From: Guillardia theta CCMP2712 | Taxonomy: Eukaryota; Protista; Cryptophyta | Length of the DNA stretch: 64,000 bases | Reading direction: 5' to 3' | NCBI RefSeq assembly: GCF_000315625.1 | Contig: NW_005434672.1 | Coordinates: 606,426 to 670,425 of the forward strand | Shown: piece after piece, positions 12,991 through 25,188 of the stretch | Position numbering within the stretch: position 1 is the stretch's first letter | Layout of the letters: each line of letters begins with the position of its first letter | Made by a program: the position numbers and the translations under genes | Notes under the pieces: model-generated | Database searches by the model: none | What the model saw: the letters and a program-made list of their open reading frames with translations, nothing else | Told to the model about the DNA's origin: nothing

Positions 12991-13179
12991 ATCAAAGTTA
13001 AGTTAAAAATCAGTACGAGCGAGCCTCATGATCACGTCGTGACTTGATTAACGCCAAGGCCAGTCCTTCCAAGGTAGTCAGCTCTGTAGTGCCGGCCGGG
13101 GGCAGGGCCGGGGCCCGACCGGGTTGTCAGAGCGGGGAGGCGGGTCTGTGGGTTTTGCTATTTCGAGGAGCAGGCCAGG

Positions 13180-14104
13180 ATGGTGATTGGAAGCGGCATA
13201 AGGGAGGTAAGCAAGGAAACGATGAAGGACAAGAGGGGGCGGGGTCGGGCGGGGTAGCAAGCTGTGTGAACAATTGTAATGTGGCATGCCTTCTTCTTCT
13301 ATTGCTCACCGAAACCGATCATGCGAGCTTCACGCTCCTCCTTCTGTACGAAATGTTTGACCACATACTGGTCTGTCCTGTCATCCTATCCTTGTCACTC
13401 TTTTTGGTTCTCCCGCATGATTGCCAAATGCAACGATCTCAATTATTTGTGATCTATGCGCTCTTCCTTGATTCTTCTCTTCTGTCCGCGTTCCTTCGTA
13501 CGTGCTTCCAACGACAGCCTATGAGAAGTGCATCATGTGCAAGTGCTATGAATTTTTGCTCACAGTCATTTGTAAATAGATGATGTATGAAATTTTATTG
13601 TGACGGCTTGATTCGCAGGGTTCCTCTGGAGTATGTCAGCTGCTGCTGGTTTTGGTGATGTGCGTGAGTGTCCATCTTGTTAAGGCGTCCCCGTCCCAAG
13701 TCTCCAAGTCAGCCCTTAGGACAGGACTGCAAGAGCGAGCAACGGATGTCAATACGATTGCCGAGTTGAAGCTGCATCATCTTTCGCAGCAGAGTGATAA
13801 GAACAAGAGATCTGCACAGGCCAGCTTAGCAAGATCAGATCTTGACAGCGTTGATCCAGCTGCTGCTGTGATGAGCGCGATTTCTCCGCAGGACGCGCCC
13901 TCAGTCGATGCATCCGGGAAAGTCATTGACAGTGGTCACATTGGTGCTGATGGGAAACGCACTGGTCAACTGGCAGAGCCACCTTCGTTCATGTTCCCCA
14001 TCATCCTCGCAGTTGCTGGCTCAGTGCTGATGGTGGCAGTTTTTACATACATGTGCTTCTTCAGAGAGGAAAAGCCCAAGAAAAAGGGAGACACATACTC
14101 GTGA
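13180..14104 (+). CDS. Small type I membrane protein of unknown function (signal peptide + C-terminal TM)
   Basis: Exon 13180-13206 (MVIGSGIRE, donor gtaagc) splices in phase 0 to 13619, giving GSSGVCQLLLVLVMCVSVHLVKA (signal peptide). TM FMFPIILAVAGSVLMVAVFTYMCFF is followed by a basic tail. Confidence 0.65.
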
Positions 14105-14378
14105 TTCAGTCTTGAATATTCTTTCTGCTTTGTTCTAATATTCTTTCTGCGCTTTCCCCAATGCAATCTGTTTATGTTTTCTTCAAGGAGCGCTAGCCTC
14201 TCAACAATTGTTAGATGCATCAAGTAAGGAGGATATCCGATTGCTGTAAGATGAACTGGTATTCTTAACAAGAAACTTTTGTATTACATGAACAGACTCT
14301 CGCAAGAAACATCTTTTAACAACTCCAGAGAGATTTATATTTTACACAAGAAGAATTTTAAGACCGCTCCAACACAAA

Positions 14379-15690
14379 TCACTCGCTCGAGGAGCAGTTG
14401 ATCAGGTTAGGCACAATGGGTGGAATCCTTGCATATTTGTACGGAGGTGTCAACGTCGCGATGGGTTCCAGCGGAGGGGTATCATGGGGATCGCCTTGAT
14501 GTCCAATGTCTTCGTCGGTGCTACACGCTTCAAAGACTTGGCTTGTTTCACAGATGAGGTCTCGAATCAAACTACCCCGAGAAACGAAACCAGAATCCTT
14601 CTCATTTTCTTCCTGGAATCCAGCAACGGCTGCGAGCATGCTCAGTGCCGATGCGCACTCCATCTCTTCCTTTGTCCTTAGTTTGCTTGCAGCTGCGGAA
14701 GCCATTGTAGTTACCACACCATTCTTTCGTTCTTTTCCAAGAATCCTTTGCTCGTGGTCGTCTTCCAGATGCTCTTTTGAATTGGGTGAGCATACAACCG
14801 CTTCCTTAATCTTGTCTCCTGAAGAGCGAGAAATCCTTTGTTTTTCCTCGCGTAAAGCCTTGAGACTCTTACAGCAAACTTCCCGATCTCCGGTCGTATA
14901 ATTGAGTTCTGCTTTCAACGCTGCAATCTTTTTGTCGATGCCTCTCAACTGTCGGTGAGGCCACTTTGCTATACCAAATCGCCTGCATAGTTTCTTGAAA
15001 GCGGTTGTACAAATTCCGAATTTCTGTGCAGCAGTATGCAAGGGCAAATGAAAATTCTGTCTGAGATCCTTTTCACTTATCATTAACGTGGACGATCCAG
15101 AATTCTTCTCACTCTTAGAACAACTATCTGAGTTGCCATCATACTCTCCTCCAAGGTCCTCATCATCTGATACATCATGTCCCCCGCTCAAAACCGAGAG
15201 GCGAGGCGGTGGAGTTTGCTTCTCCTCGTAATCACGTTCATACTCCCGAGGGGAACGACTTGATTCACCCTCCGATTCACTGGTATCCATAGAAGGAATG
15301 AGCATGCCATGGGAAAGCTTAGCCTTCTCCTCCTCCAAACTTTGGATTCCTACAACATATTGATGACGATCATTCATCGCAGCATAATTCAGTTCGGCTT
15401 TCAGTGCGGCAATTTTCTTGTCGATTCCCCGCAGCTGTTCATGTCAAAAGTCAATGAAAGAAGCATGCACTTTATGCAAATAGACTCACTTGACGATGCG
15501 GCCACTTTGCTATTCCAAGCCTTCGGCACATCTTCTTGAAGGCTGTGGTACACATGCCGAACTTCTGGGCAACCGTGTGAAGGGGTAAATGAAAATGCTC
15601 CCTCAAGTTTTGTTCAGTTATTGCATGCAATCGCCTGCCAGGCATGTCTAATGTCTCTTGTAGTTTCCCAGATGTTTCCATCGCCATCAT
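14379..15690 (-). CDS. RWP-RK transcription factor with two RWP-RK domains
   Basis: Two copies of L..FHLPLHT.AQKFG.CTTAFKK.CRR.GIAKWPHRQL; intron 15435-15489 joins ORFs 15472-15690 and 14379-15377. Confidence 0.92.
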
Positions 15691-17430
15691 TGTTCAACAA
15701 ATCGGGGGCAAGGAAGAAACCTATCCGAGTTGACCACCGGTGAAAGATCGGAAGCGAGCAGATCCTCCAGTCAACCCCTTGAGTCCAGTGTGGAGAAATT
15801 CAATGTAGCAAGGCAAGAGCAACAAGAAGATTGACAGAGGGCCACAAGAGGAGCACTCTCTCCGTGCTTGCAATGTTGGTGTAGGAACGAGAAAGGGGAC
15901 CCGAAGCAAGTCCTCGCACCGCAAAGAGCGTGGTAAAAAGATGAAAGTGTGTAGGGATGGCAGTCCAGGGGCGAGGAGGCAGGCGTAGAGCACAGTGGTG
16001 AACAGGGAAGGAGAGGAAGGGGGAGGGGGGAGGGGGGAGGGGGAGAGGAGGGGGAATGAGGCAAGGGGGGATGCAGCGGCTCCTGCAGGGAGTCTCCTGC
16101 TCGTTCCGCCTGCTCCTGCGGACTAACAGTCAGATCCCCGAAAGCCTCGTGAATTGACCCACAATTTCTGAAACACTACCCAAATTTGATGGGAAATATT
16201 CGCCTTTGATGGGGTAAATTTGTGGTATTTACACCAGGAAACAAGTCTTGCATGTACCCCCGCCGAGAAAAACAAATATTATTGTAACTGTTTGTAACGA
16301 AGAGGTATGGGTCTTGTTTGCTAAAAAAGAAGAGACCCCGGATTGTCCTGAAATTGATCAGACACCGTACCTTCACTTTGATACTCGCGGTACAATTGTT
16401 TTTTTACTCCCCCGTCCGTGTCCCTTCGAATCGCCCGTGCGGCAGTCGAGGCCACGACCCGAGTTTTAGAATACAATATACATCCTCTAAAACTATTTAT
16501 GGAGTATTAAGATCTATCCTGGGATCTAAAATATTATATATATTTATTGATCTTTAATAGTATATTTGAACAGTACTTAACATATATTTAAATGCTAAAT
16601 GAATTTAAATCTCCCCCATTGCCCGGCCCCCCTTCTCAAAAACACTTTTAGCCTCCAAGAGAACTACCAGGTGCGCAGGAGATTGAGGGGAGATTGCGGA
16701 TCCCTCTAGAGAGCAGACTAATGAGATAGGGTCAGATACTACCATATTTGAAATTTAAAATAAATTTGCATTTTCATGTTATTCGATAAACAAATGTATT
16801 TTAAAAGACCAATTAGTACCAACAGATGAGCTGAAAAGAAATCTTATCGCATTAGGTTTTCAGTTGTTTTTGTACTATGAGTTAAAGAATAATTTATACT
16901 TAAAATTCAATTTGGTGGCAGTGACCGGTTGCATTGCCAGGTCCGCCCCAGATTGCAGAGACGGCAGGCAGGCTCGCCTCATGGAAGTCACGGGCGCGCC
17001 TCAATCAAAGTTTTGAGGCGAGCCCGCTTGTTATAAGCAAGCAGCATGCAGGAAGGTCTGCGTGCAGCGGCAAGAGATGTAGGGAGAGTGAATGAGAGAG
17101 CAGAGCGATCGGGAGAGAGGACGATGAAAACGCTAAAGAAGAGGTATTGAAGCTGAATGATAACAATTCTTGAGTTAAACCCGTATCATGGCTCGAAGGC
17201 AGGGGAATACACTTGGGGGAAAGAAAGGTACAAGAAATCGAATTAGGCTCAAGAAAGAAGGTATGCATTCTCAATCGTGACTGTAAATTTAGCAAGATGG
17301 AAGAAGACGTCAGACGAGTAGGATGGTTCCAGAGGATCGATTCGCAGGAGTAGCGACGCTTGAAGGGATATATTTAATTCAAATGGCCATGAGCACGGGA
17401 ACTGCATGGGGTTGAATTGGTGGTTGCAGG

Positions 17431-18143
17431 ATGCACGCTAGCTGCAGAGAGGTCTCTCTACTTCTGGTAGGTCTGGCATGTTTGCAATGTGTATCAGCCT
17501 TCATGCCGGCTTGCCCCACCATGGGCCGTCTGGTTGGATTGAGGATGAATCAGAAAGGGTTCGGGACACCGCCTCCTAAGAAGAAAGTTTCTGAGATTGG
17601 ACAAGATCGCAAGAGGGTGAATGAACGCTCCTCCTGATTCCCGCACGTCTTACTGCCATGGCAGGCTGCAGACAAGTACGAGGCGCTGAAGAACGAAGGT
17701 GCTCCGGAGTTCAACATCTTCTTTCGCAAGGTCGGCGCCACCGATGAGGAGGGGGCCGTCAAGGGTGGGTGGTACCCAGTCGGGAGCCTCGCCTGCCCGA
17801 GCTCTCAGGTGTGTAAGGTCCCCATGCGCTCGATGCAGTGAGAAGATGCTAGGTGATCGACCGAGCGGTCTTCGAGACCGAGGAGGCGCTTCTGCAGGGA
17901 GCATACAGGATTCACGGGAAGCAGCTTCGCAATTACTTCTCGACACGGGACGGCGGCAAGGTGAACAACTGGCAGGACCTGAAGAACTGCGACATCGAGT
18001 ACGGTTGGCAGTTCAAGGAGTTTCCGGACGAAGACATCAAAGTGGCACAGAGGCCTGGCAGCGCTGCTGGCAACAACAACCCCTTGGGAGGACTATTCAA
18101 GAAGATCGAACAGGCTGTGAACTGGGTGCCAGATAAAGATTAG
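17431..18143 (+). CDS. HHL1: HHL1-like (hypersensitive to high light 1) plastid protein with bipartite presequence
   Basis: Signal peptide ending VSA|FMP, KGFG motif, YEALKNEGAPEFNIF..WYPVGSLA..IDRAVFETEEALLQGAYR..IEYGWQFKEFPDEDIKVA as in the cyanobacterial/plant HHL1-like family; two short introns. Confidence 0.8.
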
Positions 18144-18220
18144 ATGTTTACTCCATCTTCTTAGTGTACAACTGGATTCAATACTAAGTGTTCCATCCCT
18201 TGAGATAAAGTTACCTCAAA

Positions 18221-21200
18221 TCATTTGCCCTCCACCATTTTGCAGTCACTCGTCATAAACCTCTGGGGTTTCGTCCCCAACCCCCACAAGGTTCCATGGA
18301 TGTCACACTTGCGCAGGAGAAGCTCAGTCTTCTTCGAGCCTCCTCGGGCCGCCAATTCACCGAACACGCCCCTCCGGAACAACTTGAGAACACAGTCGTT
18401 GAGGACTGCCGAGCTGCGGTTGTTCAAGATGATGCCGATGTCCGAGCTGTGCAACTTGCTGTGGAGCAGGCGGCACTGAGCGTCATGGTCAAGGAAGAGG
18501 CAGCTCTCCTCGCAGTTCTGGAACCAGCAGGAATGAAAGTTCCCGCGCGAGTACTCCATCATGACGCACGCAGCCAGCGCCTCTACCAGGCAGTCGTCCG
18601 ATCCCGCCATGATGCTCCTGTTGCATTCCACCACAGACCTCCCCTCTATCCACAGACTGTAGCCCCTGGAGCACAGCAGCGCGCACTCGTCCACCGTCAC
18701 TTCACCCTGGATCACGTGCATCAGCTTCTGGAACTCCTTGGAGTTGGGGTTGGCCTGGTAGGTGAAGATGAGGTTCCTGAAGGAGCACGGGTAACTTGAC
18801 TTGACCACAAACCTCCCGTGGATCTTCACTCCGTCCTCCCCCACAATGTGAATCTCCTTGTCAATCACGATGGTCTCCCGCAGCCTGTAGTTGCCCGGTT
18901 GCACGATGATGTATCGGTGGTTCTTCCTGTGATTGGGGAGTGATCAGTACTGATGCAAGCATGTCAAGGAAGCAATACTTGTTGAACTGAAGGATAGCTT
19001 GCTCGAAGGTCAGCTCCGATGGGACCAACAAGGACTTCATCTCTTTACCGCCAGCAAAGTTTTCATTCGCTTGCTGGTGGAACCTCCCTACGTTCATGGC
19101 TTTTGGTCGTTCCACATTGATCAGAGGTGCTCCGTTACCCGCGAGGTTAATCGTGGGGAACAGGCCGACCCGAGAGCCTTTCTTCCTCTTCACTGCACTC
19201 CCCAGCTCGCCCCCGTCTGACAGAAGAACTTTGCGGATCTTGAAGGTTTCGTTGTCGGGGTTGTACACGTGCCAGGTGGAGCCGTGGGTGAGATCCAACA
19301 CCTCCTGCCTGCGTCGCTGCTCCTCCCCGTCGGCCTCGTTGAGCCTCTTGCCGTCGAGATGCAGCTTGAAGTACAAGTCGACGATGCGCTCGATCAGGAC
19401 TGGGGGGACTTGCTCTGACTGCAGCACGTTGGTGATCATCTCCTGGGAGGGGGACTTGGGGGCGTGAGAGCCTTGCAGAGCTGCTTCTTCTTCTGTTAGC
19501 CCGTAGAGCTTTCCTGTCTTGAGCCCCTTCTCTTCCACGAGCTTCTCAATGGTCTTCATCCCGACCGCGGTGGATTGGTTCAGAGTCTTGATCGAGTCTC
19601 CGATCTGGCTGTACATGGCGGCAAAGTCTTGTTTGGAGTCGAGCAGCCTCTTGTAGACTTCAGCCTGCGTCGCCTTCTTGTCTCCTCTTCCACGCGGATG
19701 CCCATCCTTGTTCCTCGCATTCTCCTCTGACCGACTCTCGTCGACAAGGTTTAAGAGATGTTTGTGCGAGGGCTCCGAGGAGACTGGAGTGGTGGGATTC
19801 GATTCACTCACGATCTCCTCAAGGATCTGATTCTCCTCTGCCTTGCTCGCCACGTCTTGTGCGTTGAATCGAACGCGTCGCACCATCTCCAGCAGGTAAG
19901 AATGCATCTCCACGCGCATGTTGAACCGGCTGATCCCCACTCGATGCCCGTTCTCATACTGCACGAAGGCGACGGGCAAGACACAGGTGTCCTCCTCCTG
20001 CTTGACGAGCCTGCCCTCTATGCCGGAGCCGTGTCTCTTTCCCCTCCACCACATGCCCTCGTAGATGGTCGACTTACTCATGAAGGATCCCAGCCCGTGC
20101 CGCAGGTCATGGTAGTACTGACCTTCATAGCAACATCCTCTGGGCGACGATTCCACCCCCAAGCCATGCGCTTGCGACCCCAGCCATTGCCCGCGATAGT
20201 TGGAGTTGGGCTTGATGAAGAAAGTTGCGGTCTCCTGCTTCATCTCCAGCGCTCGCTGCTTCATCTTCAAATAAAATTTGTACATCACGACCAGCATCCG
20301 TTCAGACTGAAATGCGCAAGCTCGGTTGAAAATCAAACAGAACAGACGATTTTGCAACAGAATAGTGTTCAAATCTGTGTTCTTGTAGTCATATGCATAT
20401 ACATGTGGAACCTGCAAAGCCTTTTGGATTTGAATATTTTTCTCGCTCATGAAGAGAATATTTGTATGCAACCTCAATTTCTCTTGCTCATTGCGAGCAG
20501 CCTGTACGAAGGACTCGAAGACATGCTTTTCATATTGCGCCCTTTCTTTCTCCAGCTTTTGCTCTGAGATGTGCATTTGCATCCGAAGGTTTGAAAGCTC
20601 GATTTCTTCTTCGGGGCTGAGATCATCTTTCCACTTGACTGTCTCGTTGAAGGTCTGGTACAGCTGTCGAGCGTTGGCTGCCTTGGCTACTATCCCTTGC
20701 AAGCTGTTGTAGTGCCTCATCGTGTTAGCGAGGGCAATCTTCTTCAGCTTGCTCTGCTTGTCTGAATCTTTGAAAGCCTTCAACGCCTCTTTCTTGTCCC
20801 GCTCTTCCATTTTGGCTGCTTGCTTTGCCTGTCGCTCCTTATAAGCTTTGACTTTGTTTTCGTAGAGATGGATAGCATCTCTAACATCCGACTCTTCCTG
20901 GTTCAAACATTCAAGCAGGATGTCTTGACCCTTGGAGAGCTGCCAGTACCTGTTCAACACACTGAGAGACGTTGATTGGAACAGCTTTAGGCTCTCTTCC
21001 GATGCTTCTCTCTCACTGCTCGGTTGCTCCTGTGAAGCGGCAGGACTGTCAGATGCAGTTTGATGCTCGAGCGTGCTGCTGCTGTGATCTACACCGTCTG
21101 CTATAAGCCCCTCGTCCTTGTGCTTGTCAGTCTCATCAGCGATCGCCTCTCCATCCTCAACGACGTCTGCCGCCTCCTCCACCTCCTCGCACAGAGATTC

Positions 21201-22162
21201 TTGGACGTGTTCGCCGGGGCCTGGCCTCTCACCTGCATCAACCTCTTCACCTGTCCTGATGCTTTCAAACGAGTTCTCTTCGGACACGGAAGAATCAGAC
21301 TCCAGGATCAACTGGTCTTTGTGACCTGATTCTGCTCCACTTCCGCTTGCAAATTTCTGTATGCTGCCATTGGAATCAAACGAGTGATTATTTGATCTGT
21401 GATGAACAGGTTTCCCCTTTCTATGCGTCAAGCTCTTCAGCTCTTGTCGTAGATGTTGCGTTTCTCGCTCAAGCTTTGTAATATCTACACTTCTTCTCAA
21501 TCGCTTCCCGCCTTGTTTCTGTCTTCTCCTTCTGTTGGAGGGTAATGTTTCCTTCAAGCTTTCTGCATCTGCAGCGTTGTGCGCCATACGCGATACATCT
21601 TGCCTCCAGTTCCGCTTTGCTGTAATACTCTTGGCTGCCGTGCTCTCCTGCAAGTCTTGATGCTTTCCTTTACCACCCAGTTGCTGTGATCTAGCCTTGT
21701 AGACCTCTTCGAGCTCTTCTTTCAGGTTGTCGTTGTCGAGGCTTGAGAGCAGCTTTCCAAGAGAGCTCTTCTCCACGTGAAGAAACGACGACATGTCTCT
21801 CTTGAAGTTCTCGAGCTCTTCCATCTCCTCACGGAACTCTACAGCAGGCAAGTCAGGCTCTCAAGTGATGCTGCCACGTTACAGGGACGATGAAGGAACA
21901 GAAGCTGAAAGATCCGAATGTGGAGGAGGCATTAGAGTGAGAGGGACGGGTGAAGCGAGAGAGGGAAGCGAGAAGAAGGCAGGATGGAGGCAAAAGGGGG
22001 AGGGAGGGAGGCAGGGGGAGGAGGCAGGGGAGGCAGGGGAGGCAGGGGAGGCAGGGGAGGCAGGGGAGGTAGGGAGGGAAGGAGAGAAGGAGGCTAGAGG
22101 GAGGAGGAGGAGTCGGAGGAGGTACCATGATCCTCAGGGATCGGGGAGCAGCTCAGCTCCAT
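18221..22162 (-). CDS. Large coiled-coil + MORN-repeat + C-terminal right-handed beta-helix protein
   Basis: Three MORN repeats (YRGQW..AHGLG, YEGQY..RHGLG, YEGMW..RHGSG); C-terminal IIVQPGNYRLRETIVIDKEIHIVG pectin-lyase-like repeats. A short first exon 22126-22162 and an intron near 18928-18979 restore the frame. Confidence 0.8.
22008..22069 (+). repeat. (GAGGCAGGG)n intronic minisatellite
   Basis: Tandem 9-mer. Confidence 0.85.
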
Positions 22163-22256
22163 CACGGCATTTCGGTTGAGGAGTATGAAACTACCGGTAT
22201 TTTTCGTGAGGTGGAGTACCGGTGGTAAAGATACCCGTACCCACTGTCATGCAATT

Positions 22257-23399
22257 ATGCGACCTGCTCCGCCGGAGGGATGGACGAACAGCATGCAAGG
22301 CGAAGACAAGACCCAGAAGGACGAGGAGAGCAAACCAAAGGTACCCCTCCTCCTCCCACGCTCCTCCTACACCGCTCCTCCTACACCGCTCCTCCCCTCA
22401 TGCTCTGAGCAGTGGGAGTCCGGCATCCTATCCTGCACTACCGACTGGAGAATAAGTAGGAGGCGCGGTCCTGTTCTCGCCTGAGAGTATCGCAGACTTG
22501 CTCGGGTCCGTCTGTCCTTGCGTCCTCTTCGGGTTGACCAAGGGACAAGGAGACGAGAGCTGCTGCTTCCACGTGACCTCCTCCTCGCCTCGCCTGCCGC
22601 CCACTGACGTCTCGCAGTCTTGTATCGCTTTCTGCTCCCTCCCTTGGGTTCCCTTCCTGTGTTTGTTCAGGGAGTCTGTCCGAGTCAGGTAGTGGACGGA
22701 CGCCAGCTCTCCTGCTGACTTTCTGCTCCTCCAGGTACGGCATCCGCGGCAGCGTCTTCACAGACTTCTTCCTTTCTGCCTTCTGCCCCTGTTGTGTTCT
22801 ATTCCAGATCTACGAGCACATGAGGAACAACCCCTTCACCGACACCTCTCAGCTGGGGTACTGCTGGCCAGGCTCTTCCCTGGCAGTGACCTTTGAGCAG
22901 CTTCTTCTCTTCTGGAGTACTTCAATGCCGCAAAGACATCCCCACCTGCCTTCTTGTCTCCTGCTGTAGGGTAGCACTGCCGCTACGAGTGCGACTGATC
23001 TGACACCAGGCCCCTGCCTCGGCTACGGGATCCTGCGGCGAAAGATGGGCTCTAGTTGCAAGATCCACAGCCTCTGCTGCTTCCTCTTCTTCCCCTGCCT
23101 TCATGGGGCGTGCAATCGAAGTTACATCCGTTCGAGGTCCGTGACCGCATTGCCGGAGGGAGAGGAGGAGGGTGACGGGAGGCAGGTATGGGATCAAGTA
23201 CTCGTACCTCTCAGTCTCCTGCTGTCGAACTCAGTGGAAAGCGATTCAGTCGGAGACTTGCAACTCCTGCATCGACCTCGGTTGTTGGCTGGCGCTGCCC
23301 TGCTGTGCTCTAGCTCAAGAGCTGAGGCATGTGCGCAAGAACCCTTTCGTGATTTACGTCAAGGACAAAGATGGTGTGGTGACAGCTATGGCAAACTGA
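22257..23399 (+). CDS. Cys-rich PLAC8-family protein with two tandem PLAC8 domains
   Basis: Spliced WESGILSCTTD..VCPCVLFG..RVRYGIRGS..FCPCCVLFQ and FSSGVLQCRKDIPTCLLVSCCPCLGYG..IRSRYGI..LPCCALAQELR. Confidence 0.85.
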
Positions 23400-23701
23400 G
23401 ACGAGGCTACCTGGAGGGAAGACCTGTCATGTGTAAATATCTGTCTGCTAGACTAGATTCGATCAGATTGGGCTGGATTAGAATAGTTCAGAATAGAATA
23501 GGATAATGATCAGAGTGAAGTAGAGTAGAGTAGAGTAGAGTAGATTGATAGAAGGTGAAGGGGCTGTCAGCTCCATGTGATTATTGAACATGTGTTTCTG
23601 CTTTGGACTCAAAAGGTAGAGGAATGCTGTGGTATCAGAGCACATCAGAGGAGACGATTCAGATGGAGGGGAGTACGGTCGCTATATTGAGGTTAACCCA
23701 A

Positions 23702-25188
23702 TCAAGGAGCATCCTTGAATTGACCGGCATTGTTTTCTCTCTTCTTCCAATCCGGTATGCTATTGTTCTGGCTGTTCACTGGCACACCTGTAACAAAAAA
23801 AAAAGCATGTATCAGATGGTGCGCAAGGAAACATGCTGAGCGAACCAAGTCGGACGTAGCAATCCACCCCCAAGTTCTCCATGCTAAACAACTGCCAATA
23901 GTCAGCACACCCGCGCGATAGTCCTCCTCCCTTACCGTGATGTCGCCCCCCCAGTACCTCGCGTACAGCCTGCTCAGGGGAAGGCCATGCCCGAAGCCGG
24001 AGAGCTCCAGCATTCCCTGTTGGTGCGTCACGAGGACAAGGGCAACACCATGCAAACCTGAGGAGCCGTTGAGAATGAGAAGTTCCAGATACGATCCAAG
24101 CTCTGCGGTGGTATGCCGCCACCGCGATCAGTGATCTTGACGTACGTGTCTTGCCCTCCACTGATTAGAATCTTGGTGGGAGGCAAATCATCGCCGTACT
24201 TGGGTGAGTGAGAGTTGGACAAGCGCCCATGAAGTTCCACAGTTGCTCGCATGCTGTTCTTGAGGATCTCGAAGAGCATGATGTAGAGATGCTCGGGAAT
24301 GTAAGGCGCCGTCACCTCCGTCATGCCTTCCACGTACACGTTGGGCGCGTCCCTCAAGTGCATCCTGCAGGCTGAACGAGCGTCGGCAACCGCATCCAAG
24401 ATGACCTCCTTGATGTTGCACTCCGTTTGCACGCACCCGACAAAGCGCTTCGGGCGATTGCGAGCATCGATGCCTTTCCTCTTGTAGATCTCATCCACTT
24501 CCCTCCGCTCCTCGGCATCTCGACGGAGAGAGAGGTGCTGGTCGATGAGGAGGCGGATACCGATCCTTCCGGTGTAGAACCTGTTCAGAAGCTGCTGGAT
24601 CTCATCAGATTCAACTGCCCATTTTGGAACTCCGGCTCGATTCATCTCTAAGAATCCATCAGCGATGTTCGCCTGGACCATCCGATGCTTCTCCTTGATA
24701 TCGATCAGCATCGCGCTGAAGCTCTCCTCCGCCCTCGAGTGTCGAGGTACTTCATGATTCAGAATCCGGAAGAAGCTCTCTTCATACAGCATTGCAAGCT
24801 CGGTGACGGCCTTGGTCGAGTACATGGGCACAGGCAGCGATTGCAGCTCTTGTATTCTCTTCCCCAACCGTATGGGCAATTCCTTTTGCAAGAAGACAGC
24901 CGACATGAGCAGCGTGTTCTTATCCGCGTCACGTCCAAACTTTATGAGCTCACTGAGGTTGAGCTTGAACTCTTTCTTCTTCGCGTACTCCCACATCTGT
25001 CTCGTCATCGTTGAGTTCTTCAGGTGGTCCTCGCTTCCCACTCCCAGCGAGAGCAACCTGACGTGCGAGGGCAGGGCCCCCCGAGCGAGCCTACTCTTCT
25101 GTGGGGGGGCAAGCACAGAAGACAGCCGCATCCTGCAAATCAAAGGATGGGCGAGGGTTTGGAGGCGCAGCGCACAGAAAGCCATCAT
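23702..25188 (-). CDS. PDK: Mitochondrial pyruvate dehydrogenase kinase / branched-chain ketoacid dehydrogenase kinase family protein
   Basis: ELPIRL, LNRFYTGRIGIRLLIDQH, LFEILKNSMRA (N box), DRGGGIP (G1), GFGHGLPLSRLYARYWGG (G2); Arg/Ser-rich N-terminal presequence; three 3' introns. PDK versus BCKDK cannot be resolved by eye. Confidence 0.88.

Noticed and set aside
13550-13559. Sm-site-like AAUUUUUG in a long first intron
   Set aside because: No other snRNA features recognisable nearby.
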